64,000 nt of DNA from Chrysomallon squamiferum (taxonomy: Eukaryota; Animalia; Mollusca), in contig CM022671.1 in assembly GCA_012295275.1 (NCBI GenBank), positions 25,234,001-25,298,000 on the forward strand, in the 5' to 3' direction. The notes beneath the pieces are model-generated. The model saw only the letters and a program-made list of their open reading frames with translations. It ran no database searches and had not been told where the DNA came from. The position numbers and the translations under genes were made by a program. Shown one piece after another: positions 15,755 to 27,689 of the stretch; position 1 is the first letter of the stretch, and each line of letters opens with the position of its first letter.

Positions 15755-16020
15755 AGTAATGATGATAGTAATAGAGTCATTTCAGCAAGTTGTAATGATG
15801 ATAGTAATAAAGGAATTTCAACAAGTTGTAATGATGATAGTAATAGAGTAATTTCAGCAAGTTGTAATGATGATAGTAATAAAGGAATTTCAACAAGTCA
15901 TAATCATGATGACAAAAAAGGAATTTCAAACAAGTTGTAATGATGATAGTAATAAAGGAATTTCAACAAGTTGTAATGATGATAGTAATAAAGGAATTTC
16001 AACAAGTAATGAATATAGTT
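15755..16020. repeat. 36-bp minisatellite, ~7 copies
   Basis: The unit tgtaatgatgatagtaataaaggaatttcaacaagt is repeated in tandem and generates the SCNDDSNKGIST pseudo-ORFs. Confidence 0.9.
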
Positions 16021-16553
16021 ATAAAGGCGTTTCAATCTTTTTCACTACTGCGATGGTTATTGCTGTTTAACATCGGTGTGGTAGAAAGTAGACAGCATAC
16101 TGAGACACTGCACCGGATTGATGAAAATGTGGTACCATTCACAAGATTTTCTGTGAAAACTCAGTATACTGTGGCCTCTAAACTGTTGGTACAAGTAGAC
16201 AAAGTCAGATTCAGGACTGCAATATCAGACACAAAAGTTTAATAATAAATCACTTCTACATATAATGTTGCTAGTTGTATTCTAATGTTGTCATTTGAAA
16301 ACGGAAAAAATAATTCAAACATTTTAAAAAGCAAACTAATAGTTTACAAACAATTTTTATATTTCCTGTAATGTAAATTAAGTAAGTGTTGCTACATTAA
16401 ATAGGTATTTTATATAATACATTTTTTTTTTTTTTTTTTTTTTTATTCCAAATATTACAGATTACTAGTCATAATTAAGTTGTATTGGATGAATTTCACT
16501 CAATGTATGTTTTTAACTTTAACAATTTTTATTTTATGTTTCATTTTAAATTT

Positions 16554-16595
<42 letters not shown>

Positions 16596-17770
16596 CACTC
16601 TCTCATCTAGAAAAGTAATACAGTATAATAATAATTTGTCTCTGTCTTCTTGTTAATAATGATAACTGCAACACTTTGTCTAAACAATACACACATACTG
16701 TGATAATCATTTCATTATTTTTTGCTTTTCTTTTTAATGGCTTTGTTATAATTATACCAATTTGTATACACATATACATAAAAAAAAAAAAAAAAAAGGT
16801 ATATATATATATATATTCACACATATATTGTACTTTTATTTTATGTTACTCATTTTAGTGTTTGTATTTCTGACCAAAATGATGTGGGGAGTTTTGTGGA
16901 TTTTTTTTTTAAAAAGAAGTGGGTTGGGTTAGTTTTCTGTTGCAGTTTTTCCTCCTTCATATGAAGTCTTTTATTACAAACATTTACAAAGTTATTTACC
17001 AAGAGACAATCTGCAGAAACAATTGTTAATGTAATTATTATACAGTTTTCAGTTACTGATAAATGTGTGTGTTTAGTTTTTAAAATTATTTTTCTCAATT
17101 ACAAGTTATTATTTGTGTATCTTTTAAAAAGACAACAAATAAAAAAAATATTTAGTTTTAATCTTTGTTCTTTTAATTAATTAGTTTGACAATACTCTGA
17201 TTAAAACAACGGCAGCAGCAAAATATAATCACGAAATACATTTGTAATTGTTTTAAATCATAAAAACAACTTGAAAATTATAACTGAAGGCATTAAAAAT
17301 GTAAGGAACCTGGTATCTTAAATTACATTTGTAATTTATCGCCTCATGAAACATGATAGTTATAATTAAAAGAATAAAATTAATGAACTTGATAAATTAT
17401 ACATACGAATGATTTTAAATCCCAATGAAACTTGAAGATTATAAATAAAATAATAAATTATAAAAGATGATTGTATTTGCAAATGTTTTTAAATCCTAAA
17501 ACAAACCGAAGATTATAACTGAAGGTAGTGAAAAATAAAGGTCTTGATCAATTGTATTTGCGGATGTTTTAATTCCTAATGAAACTGGAAGATTACAGTT
17601 GAAATTAGTTAACACTTAGTAAGACAGTTACAGACCTGTTATTTAAAGTGCATGCATTTTAGTTTTTTTGTATGTTGATGCATGTTATTGTAAAAATTAT
17701 AAAATATATTTTATTAATATACATCTGAACAACTGTATCAATACAGTTTAAAAAACTGAACCATACATAT

Positions 17771-17879
<109 letters not shown>

Positions 17880-18170
17880 TCAGTATTAGCAGTATTTGAT
17901 ATAAGAAAAAATATATATATTTCTACAACCTAAATAATCCTTTACATGTTTTATTTTTGATCTTTATTACATTAAATCTCTGAAATTCCATTTGTGAAAT
18001 GAAATGTGATGTACACAGTTTAATAATACTGTATTGTGCAGAATGGTAAATACAAGCGAAATGTTTTTATGCTGCTTTGTACAATAAAAAATAAACGATT
18101 AATCATCCATATTTGTTAGTTATGTTATACATTAATCAACAGAGCATAACAAAAATATAGCTATGTAAAG

Positions 18171-18232
<62 letters not shown>

Positions 18233-19402
18233 TATTATTACTAATAAAAATATTATTATTATTAAGATTATTAATATTTACCTATTTTATATTTATATTT
18301 TATGTTCAGTTGCTCTATATATATTCCACTTTCTAGAGCTGCTGCAGATAAAATACAAAATAGACCCCAAAAAAGAGAATAATAATTAATTAATAAAATT
18401 AGTTATTAAATAAAAGTGATTAAAAGGCAAACAAAATGTTAGATATTTTTTTCTTAGAAAAAACAGATGAGCATGATTTTGTAAACTGAACTTGAGTTAG
18501 GTCTTGTTAACATGATTTAGTTTAAAAGGCAAACAAAATGTGAGATATTTTTTTTTTCTTACTAAAAACAGAAGAGCATGAACTTGAAGTTAAGTCTTGT
18601 TAACATGATTCAGTTTAATAGTTTTATCAAACACTCAGTTATTCAGTATAGGAATGACGGGTCACAAAACTAGCTACAGTTTTCGAATGAAGCCATCTGT
18701 TTATATAATAATATTATGGATAACCACAGTCTGAAATTCAGATTTCAAAACATTCATTCCATCATCAGAGGTTACTCTCTGCTCTAAAATACAAAATGTC
18801 AACAGTTTTATTTTTGGTGATATGTTTATTAATAAAAGCAAAACTAATAAGACATAAGTAAATACACAGACCTACAGTAAATTTAAAAAGAACTCAGTTT
18901 CTGTGAAACCCATGTAAAAATATATGATGATCTGAGTCATCAGTGAAAGATATGATCAGTTGATTAGGTGATTATCAAAAGCTTTGTTGGGTTTTTGTTG
19001 TTGACAAGAGACTGGCTTCATGTCTGAAATAGCTGTTTTTAAACTCTGTTTCTGGAACTATCTTTAACAACAACAAAAAACACAAAAGTAAATGATTAAC
19101 TGATACTGTTACAACATCTACTAATCCCATGATGACAACATATTGCTACCACTACTACTGCTACATCACCTACTACTAAAGCTAATTGCTGCTGCAGTTA
19201 TTACTGTAATACCTACAACAACAATAATAAATGAGATTTTATTTGCTTAGTTTGAAATTGTAGATGATAAAGAAAATGTAGTATTCGAATCAAATATGAT
19301 TCAGTTTGTACTTAAAGTTTGTCTAATTCAGGATGCATTCATTCACAAATAAGGGTAAAAATATGACTAATAAAATTACATGCCCATTATTATGTAAAAT
19401 CT

Positions 19403-20155
19403 TCACTCAGTTGATGTTTTATTTTCCTTCTTTAACTTGATTTTTCTCTTGAATGAGGGCCAGCATCCATTAATGGCAGGTTCACTGTAGAGTGATTCGT
19501 AACTCGGTTCTAACGAGATTATCTCTGTCTGTGAAAAATCGTAAGTTACAACCTTCCCATCGACCCAGCTGAAATTTATTATTTTGGAATCTCTGTCTTG
19601 CTCCGGTTCTGGTTCTGGTTCTGGTTCTTGTTTCACTCTCGTTTGCATCTTGTCAAAGAAGATTTCCCTTGGCTCTGGTCCGGGCTCTACCCAGTTGTAT
19701 TGTATCATCTTCGATTCCGATTCGTGTAACCACATGTTCACCAGTGACCTTTTACTGAGATCTTCTTCTGGCATTAGTGAAGAACTCGATTCTGATTTCG
19801 ATTTTGGTAGAATGAATACAGGCTGCATAGGTGAATAAATCACGCTGGGTTTTGTCTCAGGAAGGTCAGGATCAGACATTCTCTGAAACTGCCTGTAGTA
19901 AATTGAATCACGAGGGTCTCCCTCAAATACAAAATATTGATTAGTTTCTTGTTCTTGATTTTTCGTTACTATCTTTGGTTCTGGTTCTAACCATTCGTAG
20001 AAGAGTTTTCGTGGATTCATTTTGTTGTTAGGCCTTTCTGATGGTCGTAATATTTCTGACTCATAGTATGGATTTATTTGTTTTGTTTTTGTTAATCTGA
20101 GACAGTTAAAATTTGATTCAGGTTCATAATGCATGCACGAATCTGCTGCCCACAT
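19403..20155 (-). CDS. Uncharacterised 250-aa Glu/Pro/Ser-rich protein, paralogue of 28908-30194
   Basis: Uninterrupted non-repetitive ORF. It shares five ordered motifs with the 428-aa ORF: ExxFxCL, YEWxxPEPK, YxWxxPxP..EI, D.D..I.N(F/Y)S(W/F)VD.K.VTYD and N.CWP. There is a probable 5'UTR intron at 20236-20407. Confidence 0.8.
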   Translation of the reverse strand: MWAADSCMHYEPESNFNCLRLTKTKQINPYYESEILRPSERPNNKMNPRKLFYEWLEPEPKIVTKNQEQETNQYFVFEGDPRDSIYYRQFQRMSDPDLPETKPSVIYSPMQPVFILPKSKSESSSSLMPEEDLSKRSLVNMWLHESESKMIQYNWVEPGPEPREIFFDKMQTRVKQEPEPEPEPEQDRDSKIINFSWVDGKVVTYDFSQTEIISLEPSYESLYSEPAINGCWPSFKRKIKLKKENKTSTE

Positions 20156-20530
20156 TGAGCCTAGCTGTTTTGTATGGACTGGTCTTTAAGCATTTCTTTT
20201 CACTTCGTTATTTCCTTCTCCGTTTCGCTTATAACCTAAAATAAATAAATGTGGGTTAATTTCGGCATGATTACCAAATAAGATGAGAAAATGTAAAGTA
20301 ACAATATTTTTATAACACAGAAATCAAAACAATCACACAAACACACACATAAACTCACATACATACACAAATAAAAATACCAATATAAAAAGATTAATGT
20401 AATTTACCTTTGCTTCAAATCGTTAACATAAGTTAAATGAATTACATTAGCTAAAATTAAGAAAATAATGTAATTATCAGAGCAAATAATGTAATTATCG
20501 CATAAGGAGAATTCATTAAGGTTTGTTTGT

Positions 20531-20538
20531 TGACGTCA
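20531..20538. promoter_or_regulatory. Palindromic CRE (TGACGTCA) in the divergent intergenic region
   Basis: Exact CREB/ATF consensus about 125 bp from the putative exon-1 donor of the - strand gene; equivalent sites lie at 22684-22691 and 27682-27689. Confidence 0.5.
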
Positions 20539-20687
20539 TCAGTAATATACTGTGACGTTTTCTTGATTATCTGATATATAAGGAAATAGTTTTTATCTAC
20601 TAATAGCGCGCCTCGTATAAACCTGATCTGTATCCCGACAGCGCATCTTTAAAAAAAAAAAAAAAAAAAAACAGAAGAAGAAAAAAC

Positions 20688-20722
<35 letters not shown>

Positions 20723-20763
20723 GTGGTTAAAAACAAACGGAAATGATTTTTTGTGTTAGACAG

Positions 20764-20834
<71 letters not shown>

Positions 20835-21189
20835 TTATTCAGATATCAATAGCTTAACAGTCACGGTTTGTTTACATAAGTTTGTCATTTCCACGAAAAA
20901 ACACCGTGTGGCGGTTTATGATCGTATTATTATATCCTGTTAAGGTCTAACAAGATAAGGTTTAAAACAAACTGTAACAATAATGAACACGGATTGAACA
21001 TTTCAAAAGAAAAACAAATATGTGTTATCTGTTTCCAATAAACACAAGTGAATCTTCCTTAGTAATGCAAATGAGGTCTCTTTGTAAACCTATATATTTA
21101 CAGCTGCAATGTGAAGTATATCCTAGACTGGACTCAAGAAAATAAAATCATAGTGACAGATTCTATTTTTGTTTTCTGAACTGGACAAG

Positions 21190-21705
21190 ATGGCCTTGCT
21201 GTTTCGTCAGAACGAAATAAATCTGAGACAGACAGGATCGACTGTAACAATCCCTGGTTCTCCTGTAGCTAAACTGATGTACTATTTTGACTGTGTGTGC
21301 AATGTTCTTCAGATGGACAGTGATTCAGAAACGGACCGGTTAAGAGATTATAGCAGATATTATAATCTTACAGAGGAAGAAACAAATAAGCTGATTGTTC
21401 TGTGTTTGCTATTTTCTCCGGACAAACTGATAGGCAACTGTTTTTTCTCGGAGCCGTCACTATGTGGAGATTCGAACAATGAGTTTTATGAACTCAGCGC
21501 TGTACAGAATCGGTTTGTATTAACCCGAAACATTCTTGTAGGAAACAAAAGACGTCAGATTACCAAAATCATGTGTTTTAAAAGGGTCTGGATGGATATT
21601 TTTTATTTTCAGCCTCTGAATTCTCTTGTCGAACAACGGAGAAGAACTGACCGCCCGACGCAAAGAAATACTGCATCTAGTAGTAGTAGCTGTACCATTC
21701 TGTAA
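21190..21705 (+). CDS. Uncharacterised 171-aa CaaX-box protein, copy 1 (ends ..SSSSSCTIL)
   Basis: ATG at 21190 (the track's TTG start is rejected); the CDS is intronless and conserved in three tandem copies; C-terminal CTIL is a CaaL motif. Confidence 0.85.
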   Translation: MALLFRQNEINLRQTGSTVTIPGSPVAKLMYYFDCVCNVLQMDSDSETDRLRDYSRYYNLTEEETNKLIVLCLLFSPDKLIGNCFFSEPSLCGDSNNEFYELSAVQNRFVLTRNILVGNKRRQITKIMCFKRVWMDIFYFQPLNSLVEQRRRTDRPTQRNTASSSSSCTIL

Positions 21706-22992
21706 TTACAGTGAGGCGCAGGTGAAACATAAAACCTATTAACAGAATCACCATAGATACATTAAAGGAGTCGCACGGACTGTTATTATATATAACAACA
21801 ATAACAACAATATCAGCAGCAGCCGCAGAAAAACGTAATAACAATATTATAAACATCACAACAACAAACAAAAATGATATATAAAGATTTCATGTGATCT
21901 AAATGCCAAATTGTACTCTGAAATAATAATAATAATAATAATAATATTAATTTAAAATTCTTTTTTGTTTTTCTAAATCGTATGACGCTAGTTCGCTATT
22001 TCATCGGAACGATGTGAATTTTTTAAGATGGTTGATTCTCTTAAAGCTAAATCGACATATTACTTTACTAAAACTGGTTTGGTGTTTTCTTCGGATTGAA
22101 GATGACTCATACACACGTAATTATCACATTTATCTGACAGAAACGGATCATGTATGTTTTGTATTCCTTGTTTGTGAACTGACAGGCAAGCGTCGTTTCA
22201 CGGAAGAAATTGTTTCTTTTTCTTTTAGTTCTTCTTCCATAAAACCAATATATATTATCTTGTATGCAGTGTATAATAAAATAACTTTAATGAATTATTT
22301 TTTATAATTATTTATGTAGGTTGTATCTTTGTATGCTTATGTATGTATATATGTATGTATGTATGTTTCTATCTTTACATGTATATATATATATATATAT
22401 GAGCATGGATATATGTATATATTTATGTATGTGTGGGGGGAGGCATACATAACCTTTTGCTTATTAACAGGTATTTATTAATAATTTAATTCTAATATTA
22501 GGCTACTGGTTACTTTGATTGTGTATTGATAGATTGAAATAAATAATTTAAACACACACATACACAAATAAAAACAATATAAAAAAAAAAAATGTAATTT
22601 ACCTTTTCTTTAAATCGTTTACATAAGTTAAGAAAATAATGTAATTATCATGCAACAAGGAGAATTTATAAAGGCTTGTTTGTTGACGTCATCAGTAATG
22701 GTACTGTGACGTTTTCTTAATGTTCTGATATATAAGGAAATAGTTTTCAACTAGCAATAGCCGAGACTCGGATAAACCTGATTTGTACCGCGACAGCGTA
22801 GTATCGAAAAACAACAAACAATAGAAGAAAAAAAATAAAAATTAAATTTACAACAAATATATATAATAATAATAATAATTGTAGTAGTAGTAGTAGTAGT
22901 AATAGTAAACAAATGGGGGCTATCTGCGTTTTGATATATTCTAGCGTTTAACAAAAATTGGACTGTTGCATGTAAGAGAGACATAGACAAAC

Positions 22993-23057
<65 letters not shown>

Positions 23058-23503
23058 TCACTGGATCTATTATTCAGATATTAATATTTAGCATAACAGT
23101 CATGGTTGGTTGTGCAGGTGTGTCATTTTCACAAAATAAAACACTGTGTGGTAGTTTATGAACGTATCATTATTACGGAAGCTATATTATACCCGGTTAA
23201 TATCAAACAATATAAGGTCTAACCGTGTAACAAAACCAACCGTGTAACAAAACTGAACACAGATAAGTGACTGATTGGACTTTACAAAAGAAAATATATA
23301 TATATATGTGTGTTCCCTGTTTCCAATAAACACAGGTGAGTTTTCCTTACTGAAATCAGATCTCTTGTAAGCCTGTATATACAGCAGTTGCAATGTGAAG
23401 TATATCGTAAATTGGACTGGGTGAAAAGATTTATAATAATAATAATAATAATAATAATAAACAGAGGAGACAGATTATATTTTTGTTTTCTAAACTGGAC
23501 AAG

Positions 23504-24036
23504 ATGGCCTTGCTGTTTCGTGAGAACGAAATAAATCTGAGACAGACAGGATTGGTTACGGCTGTCCCGGATTCTCCTATTGCTAAACTGATGTACTATT
23601 TTGACTGTGTGTGCAATGTTCTTCAGATGGACAGCGATTCAGAAACGCTCCGGCTAAGAGATTATAGCAGATATTATTATCTTACACAGAACGAAATGAA
23701 AGCACTGTTACTTCTGTGTTTGGCATTTTCTCCGGACAAACTGATAGGCAAGTGTTTTTTTCCGAACGAGTCAATGTGTCCAAATGCGGCCAATGAGTTT
23801 TATGAACTCAGCGCTGTACAGAATCATTTTGTATTAACGGAAGATATTCTTGTAGGAAACCGAAGACGTCAGATTACCAGAATCATGTATTTTAAAATGG
23901 TCTGGTTGGAGCGTAATTATATCAGCCTCTGACGTTTCTTGTCGAGCTACTGAAGAGAACCCAACGGCAGCCGAACTCAATAACGCACAGCAATACTGTA
24001 TCTAGTAGTGACAGCTGTTGTTGCACCATTCTGTAA
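23504..24036 (+). pseudogene. CaaX-box protein copy 2 with a 1-nt deletion near 23921 (pseudogene, truncated allele or assembly error)
   Basis: The sequence aattat-atcagcctctga replaces tattattttcagcctctg of copy 3 and gives a premature TGA at 23930-23932. The shifted frame continues QPLTFLVELLKRTQRQPNSITHSNTVSSSDSCCCTIL to TAA at 24034-24036. Confidence 0.75.
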
Positions 24037-25371
24037 TTATGGTGAGGCGCAGATGACACCAAAACCTACAAACAGAATCATCATAGATACATTAAAGGAA
24101 TCGCACGGACTCTTACTATATGTAACAACAATAACAACAACATCAGCAGCAGCAGCCGCAGGAACAGTAACAACAGTATTATAAACATCACAACAACAAC
24201 AAAAAAAAAGGTGATAAAAAATAACCTTTAAATAAAGTTTTCATGTGATCTAATAAATATTATTATTATTATGATTAAAATATTTTATTTTAGTTTTTCT
24301 AAATCGGATGACGCGAATTCGCTATTTCATCGGAACGAAGTGAATTTTATAAGATGGCTGATTCTCTTAAAGCTAAATCGACATATTACTTTACTCAAAC
24401 TGGTTTGGTGTTTTTTTCGGCTTGAAGATGACTCAGACACACGTAATTATCACATTTATCTGACAGAAACGGATCATATATGTTTTGTATTCTTTGTTTA
24501 TGAACTGACAGGCAAGCGTCGTTTCACGGAAGAAATTGTTTCATTTTCTTTTTGTTCTTCTTCCATAAAACCAATATATATTATCTTGTATGCAGTGTAT
24601 AATAAAATAACTTTAATGAATTATTTTTTATAATTATTTATGTAGGTTGTATGTTTGTATACCTATATATGTATGTTTACATGTGTATATATATATATAT
24701 ATATATAGATAGATAGATAAATGTGTGTGTGTGTGTGTGTGTGCGTGTGTATATATTTATGTATGAATGTATGTATCTATGCGTGTGGTATGTGAGGGAG
24801 CATATATAACCTTTTGCTTATTAACAGGTATTCATTATACATTTAATTAATAATTTAATTCATTAGGCTGCTGGTTACTTAGATTCATTGTGTATCGAAA
24901 GATTAAAATAAATAATTTAAACACACAACACACACACACACACACATACACACACACACACAAATAATAATAACAACAACAACAACTAGGTCTGCGTACA
25001 TTTACACTATCGCAATCCCCATAATCCACCAATAGAATATATATTTCGGATAAAGGGACATAACCTGTGAAAAGCTCTATTATTGAACCTTTTTATTATT
25101 TCAGCACCATATACATAAACAACCAATTATGTAACGATACTGAATACAGATTCATTGGACTTTACAAAAGAAAACATATATATGTGTTCTCTGTTTCCAA
25201 TAAACACAGGTGAGTTTTCCTTACTTATTGAAATCAGATCTCTTGTAAGCCTGTATATACAACAGTTGCAATGTGAAGTATATCGTAAATTGGACTGGGT
25301 GAAAATGTTTATAATAATAATAATAATAATAATAGTTACAGATTATAATTTTGTTTTCTAAACTGGACAAG

Positions 25372-25878
25372 ATGGCCTTGCTGTTTGGTCAGAACGAAAT
25401 AAATTTAAGACAGACAGAATCGACTGTAACAGTCCCTGATTCTCCTGTAGCTAAACTGATGTACTATTTTGACTGTGTATGCAATGTTCTTCAAATGGAC
25501 AGTGGTTCAGAAATTCTCCGGCTAAGAGATTATAGCAGATATTATTATCTTACACAGATCGAAAAGGAAGCACTGTTACTTCTGTGTTTGGCATTTTCTC
25601 CGGACAAACTGATAGGCATATGTTTTTTTCCGGAGGAATCAATGTGTGAAGATTCGCCCAATAAGTTTTATGAACTCAGCGCTGTACAGAATCGGTTTTT
25701 ATTAACGGAAGATATTCTTGTAGGAAACCAAAATCGTCATATTATGAAAATCATGTGTTTTAAAATGGTCTGGATGGAGCGTTATTATTTTCAGCCTCTG
25801 AATTCTCTTCTCGAACAACGGAGAAGAACGCAAAGAAATACTGTATCTAGTAGTGACAGTTGTTGTACCATTCTGTAA
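25372..25878 (+). CDS. Uncharacterised 168-aa CaaX-box protein, copy 3 (ends ..SSSDSCCTIL)
   Basis: Intact ORF from ATG 25372, highly similar to copies 1 and 2, with a CCTIL terminus. Confidence 0.85.
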   Translation: MALLFGQNEINLRQTESTVTVPDSPVAKLMYYFDCVCNVLQMDSGSEILRLRDYSRYYYLTQIEKEALLLLCLAFSPDKLIGICFFPEESMCEDSPNKFYELSAVQNRFLLTEDILVGNQNRHIMKIMCFKMVWMERYYFQPLNSLLEQRRRTQRNTVSSSDSCCTIL

Positions 25879-26639
25879 TTACAGTGAGGCGCAGATGAAA
25901 CCGAGAACCTACAAACAGAATCACCATACATACATTAAAGGAATCGCACGGACTGTTACTATATATAACAACAATAACAACAACAGCAGCAGCAGCAGCA
26001 GCCGCAGAAACAGTAACAACAATATTATAAACATCACAACAACAAACAAAAACGTTATATAAAGATTTCATGTGATCTAAATGCCAAATTGTACTCTGAA
26101 ATAATAATAATAATAATAATAATAATATTAATTTAAAATTCTTTTTTTTTTCTTCTAAATCGGATGACGCTAGTTCGCTATTTTATCGGAACGAAGTGAA
26201 TTTTATAGGATGGTTGATTCTCTTAAAGCTAAATCGACAGAAACGGATCATATATGTTTTGTATTCTTTGTTTATGAACTGACAGGCAGGCGTCGTTTCA
26301 CGGAAGAAATTGTTTCTCTTTCTCTTTCTTATTCCATAAAACCAATATAATAAAATGACTTTAATGAATTACTGTTTTTATAAATATTTACGTAGGTTAC
26401 ATGTGTGTGTGTCTATATAAATATGTCTGTATGTTTACAGGTATATGTATGTTCATATATTTATGTATATATTTTATGTATATGTGCATGCATGTATGTA
26501 TCTATGCGTGTGGGGGGGGGCATACATAACCGTTTGCTTATTATCAGGTGTTTATTATTAATTTATTGATAATTTAATTCATTAGGCTACTGAATACTTA
26601 GATTCGTTGTGTATTGAAAGATCAATATACACAATTTTT

Positions 26640-26678
<39 letters not shown>

Positions 26679-26900
26679 CACTCAGATAATAACAACTAGG
26701 TCTGCGTACATTTACACTCTATCGTAATCACCGTAATCCACCAATAGAAACTGTTTGTAGGATAAAGGTGCATAATCGAACTTCCTAGTTACCAATACGT
26801 CCATAACCTGCCAAAAGCTCTATTATTGAACCGTTTCATTGTAACAACACCATATGTGCGTGTATGTGTGTGTATCTGTGTGTGTGTAGATAGATAGATA

Positions 26901-27478
26901 TCGTGGTACCTTGACTTAAGAGTTTAATTCGTTCCGTGACCGAGCTCGTAACTCAGTTTGCTTGTATATGAAATTAATTTTCCCAGCTGAAATTACTTGA
27001 AATACCATTAAACCGTTCCACCCCACCAAAAAAAAAAAAAAAAACTATATTTTTGTAACGTGTTTTTAAATAAGGAAAATGTATTTATAAATTACAAAAA
27101 TTTTATTAAAAAAATAATAAGTAAATAAAAGAGAATTTAAAGAAATAAATTGGTTTTATAAAATGTATTTATCTTGGAGATCAGACAAATTATTTTAACG
27201 CTGGAGTTACAGCCTTTATCGACTCCTTCTGCTTCAGTATGGGACATATCCTAGAAGTACAACGCTCGTATATCCTAGCCAAGTCGACTAAATGCACACC
27301 TCGCTCATGTTTTTCTATGATTTCATGCTTTAATTCAACGGACATCATCCGCTTCTTCTTCTCAGCACTGTGTTTTACACTCACTTTCTTACAATCCACG
27401 GTCAGAAAATAGAAATTTGGCAAAATTCTTAACAAAACCCGAACACAACACAACAAAGATGCTTCCACGGCCAGGTAA
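26901..27478 (-). mobile_element. Truncated Tigger/pogo-like DNA transposon remnant
   Basis: The peptide KKKRMMSVELKHEIIEKHERGVHLVDLARIYE resembles the CENP-B/Tigger N-terminal HTH. The left end (gtggtacc..gacttaagagtttaattcgttcc) matches the element at 39775. Confidence 0.8.
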
Positions 27479-27681
27479 GTATGCATGTATGTTTACTGGT
27501 ATATGTATGTTCGTGTATTTAGTAAGGCGGGATAATGTCTGCAGTTTTTAATTAATTAATGTTTTGCTTTATTTTAAACATTATTGTCGTTGTTTAACAA
27601 GAACACTCAGAACTTAAATGTCATGGTTATATTCCAGTATTGTTAAGACACGTAATGAAAACGTCATAATACGCTGCTTTT

Positions 27682-27689
27682 TGACGTCA
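27682..27689. promoter_or_regulatory. CRE (TGACGTCA) with adjacent GATA-type motifs upstream of the 428-aa gene
   Basis: Exact CRE followed by AGATAA (27691) and further GATAA motifs, about 110 bp before the putative exon-1 donor at 27801/27802. Confidence 0.5.

Noticed and set aside
15740-16242. SCNDDSNKGIST and MMIVIKEFQQV repeat ORFs as proteins
   Set aside because: They are produced by a 36-bp minisatellite that is open in more than one frame, with no supporting splice structure.
21169-21189. TTG-initiated N-terminal extension MFSELDK (also at 23483 and 25351)
   Set aside because: This is a eukaryotic gene; the stretch looks like a polypyrimidine tract and acceptor, and the first ATG is 21 nt downstream.
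22014-24633. Duplicated ORFs MNFLRWLILLKLNRH.. (22014-22307, 24271-24633) as a second gene family
   Set aside because: They lie in the co-duplicated 3' flank of the CaaX genes, their starts are not conserved, and the third copy (~26200-26360) has a large deletion, so the similarity reflects recent duplication.
27190-27486. 98-aa ORF as a functional transposase or CENP-B-like gene (also 40129-40377)
   Set aside because: Only a decayed N-terminal HTH fragment is present; there is no DDE domain and the frames are disrupted.
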